From: Octopus vulgaris | Taxonomy: Eukaryota | NCBI GenBank assembly: GCA_951406725.2 | Contig: OX597820.1 | Span: forward strand, 94,302,001-94,366,000 | Length of the DNA: 64,000 nt | Reading direction: 5' to 3' | Shown: piece by piece, positions 25,871 through 39,540 of the stretch | Position numbering within the stretch: the stretch's first letter is position 1 | Layout: the number at the start of each line of letters is the position of its first letter | Made by a program: the position numbers and the translations under genes | The notes under the pieces: generated by a model | Database searches by the model: none | Told to the model about the DNA's origin: nothing | Seen by the model: the letters and a program-made list of their open reading frames with translations, nothing else

Positions 25871-27069
25871 ATGTATGTATGTGTGTATGTATGTATGTAT
25901 GTATGTATGTATGTATGTATGTATGTATGTATGTATGTATGTATGATGTATGGCTATTACAATTCACAACGGAAAATGTGTAAAATGTGGAAGGGTGTGC
26001 CTCTCAGCTGGAGGTCTGAAAAGACAAGTTAAGAGAGTTCATACGGTGGTACCTGTTTCTTTGCCAGCCTGCACAGCTGTACAGTATGTAATAGAATATG
26101 TAAAACTTTGGCTGGGCTTAAAAGTCATATAAGGGCATCACATGCCATCAATAATGAATCAGTTCAATGTCTTTTTGGCAGTGGCTTTTCTCGTGTAACG
26201 GGGGTGCAGCTATGATGTATGTATGTATATGTGCAGATTTGTATGCTTTGTTTATGTATGTACTCTCATGCATATAGTTGCAAATATAGACATAAATAAA
26301 TCTCAACAAACGAAGCTGGAAAGAAAAGTAAAAGAATGGCTGGAAAATTCAACGCTTTAAATGAGGTCGAGGAAGAACGACAGGATAGTAATACTGAAAT
26401 TGAGGACCGTTGAGGCAGAAAAGAAGCGCCACACCCAATTTACTGGATGAGAAGGGTATGTGGGACCATTCTCATCCAGTTTGGTTGTCCATAACCATAC
26501 AGCAAAATTATCTACCCCATTAAAAAAACCTGATGACAGAGCGAAATTTAAATACCATACCGAATTTGCCAAGGCCCGTTGGATGATAACTAATACATAG
26601 GGAAATGTTTTGAATCTCTCGCTCTACTTCTACGGCCTTCATAATTTTTATCTATATAGTAAAATGACTTTTACTGGGCGGTCTCACGAGAGTACATTGC
26701 TTGCATCAGATGGTTTTAAAAACGAAGAACCATTCTCATCTGCATTGTCTTTATTGTCCAAAGAACGCCTGATTAGTTGATGTTATTGGGGTTGTCTCCC
26801 ATGGTTGTTATTTTCATATTTGTATCACCCCTACAAAAAGATTTCCTTTACTAACTTCATTGAAATATTTTTTAGTAGTTTCAGTTACTGAACTGCGGCC
26901 ATGCTGGTGCACCGCCTTGGAGAATTTTACTCGTACAAATTAACACCTAGTACTTATTCAATAGGTCTCTTTTACCGAATCACTCAGTTACTGGGACGCA
27001 AACACACCAACAACGTTTGTCAATTGCTGATGAAAATAAATAGCACACTCGTATAATATATGTGTATGC

Positions 27070-27109
<40 letters not shown>

Positions 27110-27119
27110 CACAGTAGGT

Positions 27120-27640
27120 GTGTGTGTGTGTATAATGACTAACGCATTCATTTCCACAATTCTCAACGGATTGGCACCAAACTTTACACACAATACTTAT
27201 GTCCCAATAATGCACTATAATATTTTGCCCAGAGCTTCCGCGTAAATGGACATAGTTTTTTATCCGTCGGGTCTTCCATACTTTTTAAATCTTTTTAAAA
27301 AAGCTAAAGGATTTTGTCTACTTATTTATTTCCACTGTCCACCAGCGACGGTGATTAAATTGACTGGGAACACTGAACGCATACATTTCCACAATTCTCA
27401 ACCGATTTTCACCAAACTTTACACACACATTACTTATGTCCCAAGAACGGTCATGCACTACACATTTTGCCCAGAGTTCCCGCGTAAATGGACCTAAATG
27501 GACATAGTTTTTTTGTGTATCTGGATCTTCCATACTTTTTGAATCTTTTTATAAAGTGTCTATTTATTTATTTTGTCTATTCATTTATTTCGACTATCCA
27601 CCTGCCACGGCGATTAAATTTACAAGGAACACTGTACACG
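27120..27640 (+). repeat. Two tandem ~240-bp units, probably Helitron-type internal repeats; related copy at 31770-31900 (-)
   Basis: ACGCATNCATTTCCACAATTCTCAAC...CCAAACTTTACACACA recurs at 27142 and 27377. Confidence 0.65.
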
Positions 27641-28556
27641 ATGAAAATCCAATACCAAACATTCTTAATCTCCATATTTAAACTGCGTTAAACTTTGGCA
27701 AGCTTACCTTTACCTATTTTGAGTTATCTGAAAGGTAATGTTCTCTTCCCTCTCTTCTATTTGTTGATACCTTTATTTACCTACTAATGCGTTGTTTCAC
27801 TTTAAGGATGCTTATTGACCCATCCATTATGATATTTCGACTGTTGCCCATTGTCTCCCATACGTTTTAGCATTGTCCTTCTAGCCTTTTTTAAACAATC
27901 AAATATGATTCGTCCTAAAGAATCAACATTTAAATAAGAGTTTTGCTTCCACCAGCGAAAGCTATACGTATCTTTCAGAAAGCTCCATACCAATTTAACA
28001 TTATGTAGCATTCGCTGTTAGTTTATGCGCAGGTTATGTGGAAAGACAGAATAAAGGGACTTTTGTTAGCTTACCTCTCTAAAAAAAATAGCTCCCTTTG
28101 CTGTTGAAAAAAATAAACTCGCAGAGGGGAAATTTCAACGTCTTCCTTCAATTTCCTTACACCATTTATGTGGCTGTTTCTGACAAGAAATTTCACTTTC
28201 GTGTAAGCAATTATATTTTGTAGTCATTATCCGTAATCTATTCCCAAAACATTTCAGTAGCTCCACTTTGCATCGCTTGCAAACTTATATGTTCTATGAT
28301 CATTATAGTGCAACGACCTCCACAATAAGCAGCCTTCAATTTCATTTTCCGTTCCTAGGTTAATCGGAAACACAGATTAAACACAGATAGTTGAACTATT
28401 TGGTGAAAAAAATACCACTAAACCAACTTAAAACGTCCAAAGGACGGGTGCGTTTGCTAGTATGTGTATGTATGTACGTATGTATGTATGTATGTATGTA
28501 TGTATGTATGTATGTATGTATGTACGTATGTATGTATGTATGAATGTATGTTTGTA

Positions 28557-28610
<54 letters not shown>

Positions 28611-28784
28611 TGCAAATATTTACAAATATACATACATATACATCCATACACACACATACACACATATTCATACAAATGACATGACGGGCTTCTTTCAGCT
28701 TTTTTAGGACATCTCTTTCAAGGACTGTTACTTTTTTCTAACTTCTTTTTTTACCTTATTCTTCAGATAAATAGTGTCAGATAT

Positions 28785-29930
28785 CAGGTTGGCTCAACAA
28801 ATAAAAATGTATGGCGTAATTGTTGTCTTAAAAGCATAGTGATACAGAGATATCTCGCTTCCTGAAAGTTTCCCCGAGCCTTTGCCAAAGTTCGAAAAGA
28901 GCTGGAACCTACTGACGGAGATCCAACATTATCAGCTAAATGCAAAATGCATGCACAGGGTTTTAATAACATCATAACGTATAACTTTGTACAAAATATT
29001 CAAGAAATAATCTATAAAATCCTCCGAAAATGAATAAGAGCCATTGCAAAGGACCTCATGTTTTCAGAATGCACCATCAGAATTGTGCATGAAGACATCC
29101 GATACAAGTGGTATGTTATGGAGAGGGGACAGTTTATGTCAGAAGTGATGAGAGAATCGTTCGATCCATGCAAAGCGCTTGCGGAACAAATTAATGCACC
29201 AAGAGGTTGGAATGCTTTGGTTTTTCTCCGAAGAGAAAAATCTTTGATCAAGACCAAAAGGTAAACCAAAGGAAAGACAGATGGTTATCCACAGACCAGA
29301 ATGAAGTTCTATCAGTCATGCATACTAAGTTACCAGCAATTATGATGGTTCTGGAAAAGGTCAGTAATGAGGGAGACATCCTGCCTCCTCATTTTTTTCA
29401 CAAGGCTTAAGAGCCAATACCACTCTCCACAAAAACTTGTTGGAGAAAATTGTGAGGCGCTGAATAGACAGATTATGCAATGGAAGATCGTAAATCTTTT
29501 AACTAGACTCTGCACCGTCTCATAAAGCAAGGAGACCGCAAGCGTGGGTGCGTGTCAGTCTCCATGATCATATTCTCCCAGACACATGGAATCCTAATTC
29601 GCTAGACCTCAATCCACTGGACTATTACATATAGGGCGTTATTGAGAGAGAGATCAATAACACCATAGTACCATACTATCTCCTTGTAGCACCATAGCAT
29701 CATACAATCTCTCGAGTCTGTCATAACCCAAATTGATGAAAAATCATCTGATTCGGATATATCAATGCTTCCGACCCCATATTGAAGTAGCCATTGTTGT
29801 TAACGAGGGTTTGTTTGATTAGATGTGATAAAGGAATTCTCAAAATCGTTTGTAACAATTTGTTCTTTGTATTATCTATGCGTCCTTTTCTAAATTCGTA
29901 CAAATGACCCAAAAAAAACTGATGCACGCC
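28785..29930 (+). mobile_element. Decayed Tc1/mariner transposon of the maT (DD37D) group
   Basis: FFSEEK..FDQDQKVN, TKLPAIMMVLEKVSNEGDILPPHFF, and DSAPSHK...WNPNSLDLNPLDYY with 37 residues between the second and third Asp; many stops and frameshifts. Confidence 0.82.
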
Positions 29931-30729
29931 GAACACACACACACACACACACACATGACGGGTTTCTTTCAGTTTCCTTCTACCAAGTCCGTTCCCAAGG
30001 CTTTGGTCGGCATGAGGTCTTAGCGGAAGAAACATTCCCAAGGTACCCACGCAATGGGACTGAACCCTGAATCCTGAAGTTGGGAAGCAAACATCTTACC
30101 ACACAGCCATCCGTTAATTGGAGTTTTTCAACGAACCATATTTTGCATGTGAGACCCTACTGTATATATATTTAGTATGCAGACCGATCCCCTTGAGCAC
30201 TTTAAGGGATTTGATGAACGGTGTGTGTGTACATGCGTGTGTGTGGTGTGACTGTACACGCGTATGAATACACTTGTGTATGTATGAGTGCGTCCATACG
30301 TGTGTGCCTGTGTGTGTGTGTGTGTTTATGTGATTCGCTCATGTCGGATGTAGGATATGAGTTGAAGGAATAATATCTTAATGATAGTAGAAGGAAAGGA
30401 GGAAAATAGAGAGAAAGTGAGAGTGAGAGAGGAGACTGGCGAAACAGAGAGAGGGAGGGAGAAAGTGAGGAAAGAGAGCTAAAGTGGGGGAAAGAAAAAA
30501 AGAGAAACGAGAGTGATATCGAAAGAGAATTGAAGGAGAAAGAGATTGAGAAATAAGAGGTGAAAACTGAAACAGGAAATACTTAATAGCACAAAGGAAT
30601 AATTTGTTACAAGTGTCGAATAACTGTTCACTGACAATTTTATCTATTTGTTCGTCTGTCCATCTTCCTATTTGACTATTCATGCGCTCAGTATATATGT
30701 TTGTCTCCATATACTAGTACTCTAGTTAG

Positions 30730-30818
<89 letters not shown>

Positions 30819-30863
30819 CCTACCTACCTACCTATCTATTTATCTATCTATCTATCTATCTAC

Positions 30864-30908
<45 letters not shown>

Positions 30909-30955
30909 CATCTATTTAGCTATCTATCTTTCTATCTATCTATCTACCTCCCTCC

Positions 30956-31017
<62 letters not shown>

Positions 31018-31065
31018 GACAGAAGCAAACAGATACCTTTATAATCCTTAAAACGTATTTAAATC

Positions 31066-31219
31066 TGGGCTATATGGTAAGTAGCTTGCTTATCAGCCAC
31101 ATTGTTCCGGGTTCAGTCCTACTGCGTGGCACCTTAGGCAAGTGTCTTCTACGATAGCCTCGGGCTGACCAAAGCCTTGTGAGTGGATTTGGTAGACGGA
31201 AACTGAAAGAAGACCGTCG

Positions 31220-31282
<63 letters not shown>

Positions 31283-31503
31283 ATATGTTTGTGTGTCTGT
31301 GTTTGTCCCCCACCCCCAACATCGCTTGACAACCGATGCTGTTGTATTTACATCCCCGTAACTTAGCGGTTCGGTAAACGATAACGATAGAATAAGTACT
31401 AGGCTTACAAAGAATAAGTCCTGGGGTCGATTTGCTCGACTAAAGGCGGTGCTCCAGCATGGCCACAGTCACATGACTGAAACAAGTAAAAGAGAGTAAA
31501 GAG
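31066..31503 (+). mobile_element. SINE family A, full length
   Basis: Complete head, internal (TA)n, body and GTAAAAGAGAGTAAAGA tail. Confidence 0.9.
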
Positions 31504-31529
31504 ATTCAAATTATCCATTACTTATTATG

Positions 31530-31765
31530 GCCTCTCCGCCATCTCACTGGCCCAATCCTTTCTCCGTTTGACATTGGCTGATGGAAGAAGTGGCTCCCTT
31601 CTTGCTGTTCTGCCATAGTAACCAAGTTTGTGGAGATACTTGACAGCTGTTCTGGGACTAACGTCAACTTATAACGAGGATTATTCTCCACACTTCTCTT
31701 AACAAAGTGAAGAGGCCTGTCAGTGGGCACTGGTCGACCTGGGCGAGGTGATGTGGACTCCTTAT
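31530..31765 (-). mobile_element. Tc1-like transposase N-terminal fragment
   Basis: Minus frames give SPRPGRP...VKRSVENNPR and, across a frameshift, GRTARR-KPLLPSANVKRRKDWA, typical Tc1 DNA-binding region motifs. Confidence 0.6.
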
Positions 31766-32118
31766 CTCTCTACGCGGTACTCTGGCCAAATATTATAGTG
31801 CATGACCATCCTTGGGACATAAGTATTGTGTGTAAAGTTTGGTGCCAATCCGTTGAGAATTGTGGAAATGTATGCGTTAGTCATTATACACACACACATA
31901 CTGTGATAACCCTATACATACACACATCCAGACCCCTCCCACGCACTTTTAGCTGGTCCCTCAACCCTTTTATCAACCCTATTATCTCCCCTTATTTCGC
32001 TCTCGCGTCTCATGTTTGATCTTTGACCTCTGGCCGAAATCAGATCGCCATGTTGATTCGTTAGCTACTGCACGCATTTTTTTCTCTCCTTCTTTCTGTG
32101 TTTTTCTCTCTCTGTGTA

Positions 32119-32156
32119 TCTTTCTGTTGAAGAGCGTAGGCTCGAAACGTTAAAGA
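32119..32156 (+). ncRNA. Variant minimal type I hammerhead ribozyme motif (CUGUUGA core) in a Penelope-pLTR-like unit ~31920-32256
   Basis: UCUUU-CUGUUGA-A-GAGC-guag-GCUC-GAAA-CG-UU-AAAGA: stems I and II pair, stem III is the palindrome ACGU, A6 is replaced by U. Confidence 0.5.
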
Positions 32157-32253
32157 CTTGTTTTATTTATATTTCCTGAGCGCCATACTAATACAATTGT
32201 TCGTTTGTTTTCCACCTGCCTTCGTCTTTTGTTTATTTTCATAAAGCTTCCCG

Positions 32254-32320
<67 letters not shown>

Positions 32321-33479
32321 ACACACGCATACACACATATATTATACGAGTGTGCTGTTTATTTTCATCAACAATCACTCTATTAGCTTTAGTAGGAAGG
32401 ATCCCAAAGTTTTCTGTGATTTTAGGCTGACTAAGTCCACCTTCAGATTGACCCACAATATGACCTCCTTGAAAAATCAGACTGTTCCAAAATTTCTTTT
32501 GTATGTAGCATGATTAAACAGTCACAAATAGAACCTGAAACATGAAAACATCAATTAATAAACATAAACATAAAACGATATTTTAAGGGGTGTCTATTTG
32601 CTTCTGTTATGTCTGTGTATAGATATCTGTCTAGCTGTCCATCTATATATCAACCAAACCATCTCGCTACCTATTTATCTATTTATCTATCCATCTAATC
32701 GTCCATTCACCCATCTATATTTTTCCTTCCTTTCTTTTCATTTCTTGTCCTTCTTTTCTCTTCTTTTCCTTCTTTCTTTCATTCATTGTTTCTTTCTTTC
32801 TCTGCTTCTTTCTTTCCTTCTTTCTTTCTTTCTTTCTTTCTTTCTTCTTCCTCTATACAATGAGGCATTTATCTGTCCATCTGTCAGCCATTTAGATATC
32901 TTAAGCTATTTACACATAGTTACTCATAGTTATTTATTCCCTCGATAGTTCCGGACCCCAGTTATGAACTCATTTGCATACAGCCAATCAGAGCTCAACT
33001 ATCAAACTAGTGGCCACCTAGTCACGAAAATACTCTGGTTAAGTTCAGTGGAAAATGTACGTTATAACAAAATCCGTTCTAAACGGGTTGATAAATGTGA
33101 AATTTAGTGTATAAAGTGGATGGAGAGCTGCTCACCGATGATGCCTTAAGTGTTGCCAATTTGCGCAATTTACTAGAAAGTGTAAATGAGTGTAGTTTCC
33201 TAATTTTTGACTGATTTTTAATTTAATATGTTGGTGTTGATCTGGAAACATCGTAATCAATATGATGTTGTGTCGTATTGCGCCCTCCTCGCATATATCA
33301 ATGGGTTCATGCAGTACCACTAATCTCAGTTTGAGCATAGGTACCTAATGTTAGCTCCATATAGAGATGGTGCTCAATTGATCTATGAGGATGGTGGCAG
33401 GGTGGAATGTGGTGCTTATGTGAAACCTGCTATGCTGTACTCACAAAGTGGCATACACCATTCTATGCCTGACTGGCTG

Positions 33480-34178
33480 TACTGTAGTGCCACTTTTCAA
33501 TATCTCCAATTTCTGATCTAATTGATTTCATATTAGGTGTAATAATATAGTTTTGTATGCTAGTCATGGACATTAAGTTCATTTTCATCATAAATCAACC
33601 ATTAAAAAGTTAATAGTTTTAAAATTGGCAAATTTTGAGTAATTTTAGCCAATCGAAAGCCACAGACACATTCATGCCTGTTACCATAGTTAGATGCCAA
33701 GCGGTGATTTTTTTTTTTTTTTGCTTATTAAATGGTGGTTGTGAGATGTGCTAAAAATAATAGCTAAATAGGACTTAAATCACGCACTAATTTTTTTCTC
33801 TATATTTGGTTTTTGCATAATTGTATGAATTCCCGTATGTAGAATACAAATTCACAAAAAAAATTTCTGAAAATTCCGAAAAAATTAAAAAGCTACGAGG
33901 GGTTATATGGCGTGCATAAAACAGAATTCCTCTAATAATTCATTTGTTTACGGTTGACAACACGTGCTGTCACGCACAAAATGACAGCCTCCAAATCCTG
34001 TTTTTTGACTGGGTAAAAATGATCAAACTTTAAGCCTCAGTAACTTTTTTTTTAAATTCTTTCTGGAAGAAGTTAAATATCCCCCGGTATTCAGCGTGGA
34101 AAATTACATTAATACACCAAATTTTAAAATTTTCACTAAACTTTGAAACTTCCACAGGTGCAGCCAAACAGAAAAGAT
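33480..34178 (+). mobile_element. ~750-bp TIR element, copy 2
   Basis: Right TIR GCAGCCAAACAGAAAAGAT; interior homologous to 12540-13302. Confidence 0.7.
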
Positions 34179-34215
34179 ACATAGTCTGTCTTCGAGCTGA
34201 AGTTTTCAAAACATA

Positions 34216-34781
34216 TTGGGTTGTCCGTAAAGTTCGTGCCGATTTTTAAAGGAAAGAAAAAGGTCAATAAATACTTGCCATTACATTTTTAATCAACTAG
34301 ATATGAACCATTTTGTTACACAATGCGTCTCCATCTTTCCCTTAACTTGAAAAAACCCTCTTCCCAGAATGGAGGTGGTTTCATGGCAAAGAATTCATCA
34401 AGGTATCTTTTTACGCCATCCAAGTAACTGAAATTTTTACCATTAAGACTACTCTGCAGAGACCCGAATAAGTGGAAATCCGAAGGAGCAATATCTGGTG
34501 AATATGGAGGGCGGGATAACACATTCAAGCCGAACTGCAGCAATTTTTGTCTGGTTCCCAAAGCATCAAGTGCTGAAAATAAACTTTCTTATCTTCCATT
34601 TAAAAGGGTTACAGAATTAACACAGGTTATAAGAACATAAACATTCTTCCACGAAAAGATAGCTTAAACTGCGCTTTAAATGGAGGTGTAGTCAAAACCT
34701 ATTTTATGGACTCAACCATGTTCTAAAATAAGTCGAAAGCTAAGCTACTATAAATCGGCACGAACTTTCCAGACAACCCAA
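34216..34781 (-). mobile_element. Internally deleted mariner transposon with intact TIRs and TA TSD
   Basis: TA|TTGGGTTGTCCGTAAAGTTCGTGCCGATTT ... AAATCGGCACGAACTTTCCAGACAACCCAA|TA; ORF 34316-34561 contains PPYSPDIAPSDFHLF. Confidence 0.92.
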
Positions 34782-35224
34782 TAATAAACATTTCTTGATA
34801 ATTTCATTAAGAATACGCTTTATGTTTATATTCTGTTCTCTCTTTATATCATATATACTATAATAGCTGCTGTTTTAATGCAGGAAGCTTGGTGTTGATG
34901 GTCAACCTTACTGCAAGCTAACAAAATAGCATGCGGAGTGTGGTCTGTTTTCACATACGTGGTGTCAACATGTGTGTTACTGGTATTTGTGCAGGCTTGT
35001 CCTTAATTTTATAATCACCATCCCTCCTCTTGCATTCAACATCTGTTACTTGTTGGCGTAATTGTTTTGTCATGAAATAGTTTAGCTCTCAGTGAAATTT
35101 GTCTCAGTATATTTCTAGCTTAGTTGTAGGCCTAACAGAGGGATATAATTAGCCATTTTGTAATAATTGCGTAAAAAGTGACTCAATAAGTATATGTAAG
35201 TATATATACATATGTATGGTTATC

Positions 35225-35625
35225 TTCTTCTTTTGCTTGTTTCAGTCATTGGGTTGAGGCCATGCTGGGGCACCACTTTGAAATTTTAGTTGAACTAATC
35301 GACCCGAGTGCTTTTTTTTTATGAAGTTTGGTACTTATTCTATTGGTGTTTATTGCCGGACCGCTAAGTTACGAGGCGTAAATAAACCAACAGCAATTGT
35401 CAAGTGGTGGTGGGTGACAAATACAAACACACACACACAAATGCACACCCACACACACACAAACACACACATATACTATAAGCTTCTTTCAGTTTCCATC
35501 TACTAAATCCATTCACATTTGTTGGCCCGGGGCTATTGTGGAAAAACGCACACCCAAGGTGCCATGTGGTGACACTGAACACAAGATCGCTTGGTTGGGA
35601 AACAAGCTTCTCAACCATATGGCTA
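35225..35625 (-). mobile_element. SINE family A, diverged
   Basis: Reverse complement of the family A body and head. Confidence 0.75.
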
Positions 35626-36217
35626 TGTTTGCATGCATGCATGTATATGCACAGATGCATGTGTGTATACATGTAAATATTGCGTTAATGAGGACATTAT
35701 AGAGATACGGTAAAGTTTAACTATTTGTGCATCTTATAACAAGACTGCTTTTGTAATCCATTTAGAATCTACGTCTTTTATCAAGATTTTAAAAACGATT
35801 TCGAATAATTATCTCCCTCAGATATCAGCCATAACATAATGTTTGCATTGTCAACTTGAAGAAGCTTGGTCTATAAATGTTACACATGAATATGAACACC
35901 CAGAAAAACAGACAACGGCGTTGGATGATATATGTTAGAGGACGCAAGAGCATGCACATATGTCGTAATGCGCGCGAGTATGTGTGTGCATAAGAAAGTG
36001 TACCAGGCATGATAGGAAAACCGGTTAAGACATGAGGAGGAGGAAAGGAATAATAAGAACGCAGGGTGAGTTCGAGAGAAGGATAAAGTAAATAAGTCAT
36101 GATCACACACGCACGCACACACACACACACTCACACACACACAAATGCACACACAGCTGCATAAATATAGGAATGGAAGTTCAGACTATGAATAAAAGCA
36201 TATAAACAGCAAACAGC

Positions 36218-36266
<49 letters not shown>

Positions 36267-36483
36267 TCTTTGTGTAAATTTCATCAAGTATATATGTATT
36301 TTATACACTTCTTAAATAATTACACACATATGTATGGTCTATGTCTGTATATGTGCATTTACATATGCGGTCTATCTGGGCGACGCATGTATATTTACGT
36401 GTATGTATTTGCGCGCACGTACGTGTGTGGGTGCATGTGTGTGGGGGCACGTGTGCGCGCGCGCGTATGTGTGTAATGATATG

Positions 36484-36536
<53 letters not shown>

Positions 36537-37986
36537 GTATATATATGTATATATGTATATATACATATATATATATGTGCATGAGAGTGTGTACGTGCGT
36601 TGTGAGTGTGTGTGTGTGTGTTTGTTTGTGTGTGTGTGTGTACGTGTGTGTACGTGTGTGTGTACGTGTGTGTACGTGTGTGTACGTGTGTGTGTGTGTA
36701 TGTAACTATATGTACATATCATACATATATATATATATATATATACAATGTATATGCATGATTGTCTGTCTGTCTGTATGTATGCATATATGTACGTATG
36801 TATGTATGTATGTATGTATGTATGTATGTATGTATGTATGTATGTATGTATGTATGTATGTATGTATGGCGCATTTCTAAAAACAAAAAAAAAACATGTT
36901 TTCAAGTCTCACATAGCACTTCGTCTGTTCTGGTTCGATTCCCATTTCTACACGCAGACACATGCAAAGTAGATACAATCAACTATATTGGCGCAGATAC
37001 AGCTCTGTTAATAAAAAGCTAATCTCGTAACTGCATACTTTTGGATTGGTACTCTCTGCATGGTGTATTGGATAAGTGTCTTCTACCATAACCCCTGTTT
37101 ACCAAAGTCTTTTGAGTGAAAATTGGAAGACGGAAATTGTGTGAAGGCCGTTATAGGAAAACTTTCCAATTTTGACGAAGTATATTTAATTCGTCACATC
37201 ATTTACCACCTTCATCAGCCCCTTGGGTACCTTTAGTGTAAGACAACTTTGTTTAAAACATTCGGAGCTGGTTTCCGTTTTGATGATTATCTACTACCTG
37301 ATTTCCAGCCCCAGAAGTTTCATGGATGCTGCCCTTGCTTCTATGAGCCTATGCCATACAATATATAAAGCATGAGCCTAGCAACGTTGTTTTGTTTGTA
37401 TAACGTATGATTTATTTTGTTTGTAGATTTACATTTATATCCATATCGTATTTGTATTTGTTTCCCTCGCTATGTTTCTCTTTCTCTCTCTCTCTCTCTA
37501 TCTCTATCTATCTATCTCCCACTACCACGTGACCCGTGATCATTCTACTTTCAGCTTTCTTTATTCGCTAGACCACTGACTTGTTCAGTCATTCTTTTCT
37601 TAGCCTCTCGCGTTTTTTACTTTCTACATTTGGTTCGTATTTCTACCTTTCATTTTTCCACCTTTTGCAGTACCCACCATCTTTCCAGTCTTTCAGGATA
37701 TTTTCCATCGCATTACTTATACACGCGTGTTGTTTTGTCTCAAAACCAATGGCCTTTCTTTTGTTTGTATAACGTATAATAAATGTTGTCTGTTCATTCC
37801 CATTTATAAATGTGTCGTATAAGCAATTTGAGTAATTTTAACCCTCATCTTTAGCAAAAGCGGTCACAGTCAGTACCCTCTGTTACTTTCGTGACCTCAA
37901 TTAATGTTGCCAATACATACATAAATACATACATACATACATACATACATACATACATACATACATACATACATACATACATTATA

Positions 37987-39222
37987 TCTTTATATATATA
38001 AAACTGAGAATGTGTGTCTGTCTGTCTGTCTGTGTGTTTCCCTAAAACTTGAGAACTACACAACCAATTTCATTCAAATTTTACACATGCCTTATTTAGG
38101 AACCGGGGAGTGTCATCGGCAAAAAAGTTTGAACTTTTTGCCTAGGGCGAGCCCACAGCAAAATCATATCTTCTCCTCTACGATTCCCTAAAACTTGAGA
38201 AGTACACAACCAATTCCATTCAAATTTTACACATGCCTTACTTAGGGTCCATGTCGTTTCATAGGCAAAATAAATGTTCAACTTCTTGCCTAGAGCGAGC
38301 CCGTAGCAATATCATATCTTCTCCACGTGTTAAAAGTGAAACAAAAACATTTCTCTATTATTTGATATTTTGATTTTTTGATTTTTCCAGTTTCAGCTAA
38401 TGAGCTGTAGCCATGCTGGAGCACCGCCGTATAGTCAGATACTTAAATATCAGATACTTTCACTTTAACAATAAAAATGATAATAACAATTGAATTATAT
38501 GTAGTAAGTAATAATTAAAATCAAACTAAAGTATAATATAATCGTAACATAAAAGTAAAAATAGCAATTGGTATAAAATTTCATCAATAACTTGAACTTG
38601 AATAAGTGGTTTCACATGAATGGGAATAAATTAAAAATAAAATTAGCGTGCAGAAATGGAATAGTGCAGATGGATAATAAAAAATTAAATTAAAGAAAAG
38701 ACTATTGTCTATAAAGTATACAATGTAGAGAAAAAAGAAGATTTGAACACATGGAGGAAAGCACCTTCGAAAAGTGTCTTGGTGCGACTATGAAAGGTGG
38801 TAAATTCTCCACAATAGAAGCAAGGTTCGAGTCAACGGAGCGTGCAAGGGAGTACTCGACTTGAACTTGCAAAGTGGAAATATTTCGTTTTTACCTTTAT
38901 ATCTGGGACGTAGGACGTCCCGGAAAAAAATTTTAAATGCCCCCCCCCCCAGAAGTAGAGGTAGGCTGGATTGTAGCCACACTTCTATACAAGAGGGAGG
39001 ACAAGGTACAATTGATCGAAATTACAAGAGACGGGCTAACAATTCCAGTCTGTTATATATTTTGAGTATTGTTATCACTAGCGATATCAAGATATAACTT
39101 TGTATTTTGTATTTTATGTGTAGATGTATATATATAGATGTACATGTAATATGTACACATATATATACACATATATACATGCACTAGCACTACGACCCGG
39201 CAACGACGGGTCTTTAATGCTA

Positions 39223-39223
<1 letters not shown>
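37987..39223 (+). mobile_element. 1.2-kb non-autonomous Helitron with internal ~148-bp tandem duplication
   Basis: A|TC start, GACCCGGCAACGACGGGTC hairpin, CTAG|T end; CCCTAAAACTTGAGAA unit repeated at 38040 and 38186. Confidence 0.8.
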
Positions 39224-39294
<71 letters not shown>

Positions 39295-39296
<2 letters not shown>

Positions 39297-39540
39297 AATA
39301 TATGCATATATACATATATTTATGTACATACCTACATATATATGTATATATACATGCATATATGTTACAGGACAAAAAAGTCAACAAAAGGAGAAACGAG
39401 AACATAAAAAACAAAAACATAGAAAACGACCTTTTTTAAACAACGAATGAGACAAATAGAGAAACGACACACTTCCTCCTTGAATGTCTTGTTGCTCACA
39501 CGTTACCAACGGCTATACATCTCCCTTTCTTTCGCTTCCT
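39295..39540. mobile_element. Penelope-pLTR-like repeat fragments in inverted arrangement
   Basis: 39295-39470 is the reverse complement of ~44795-44985; 39476-39540 matches 45195-45258 in direct orientation. Confidence 0.55.

Noticed and set aside
26525-26560. CTGATGA-CAGAGC-GAAA hammerhead-like words
   Set aside because: Stems I and II do not pair; lies in what looks like a decayed CR1 frame
27700-28450. Possible IS630/Tc1-like transposase remnant on the minus strand (VKLVWSFLK)
   Set aside because: Too degenerate; no clear catalytic motif or TIRs
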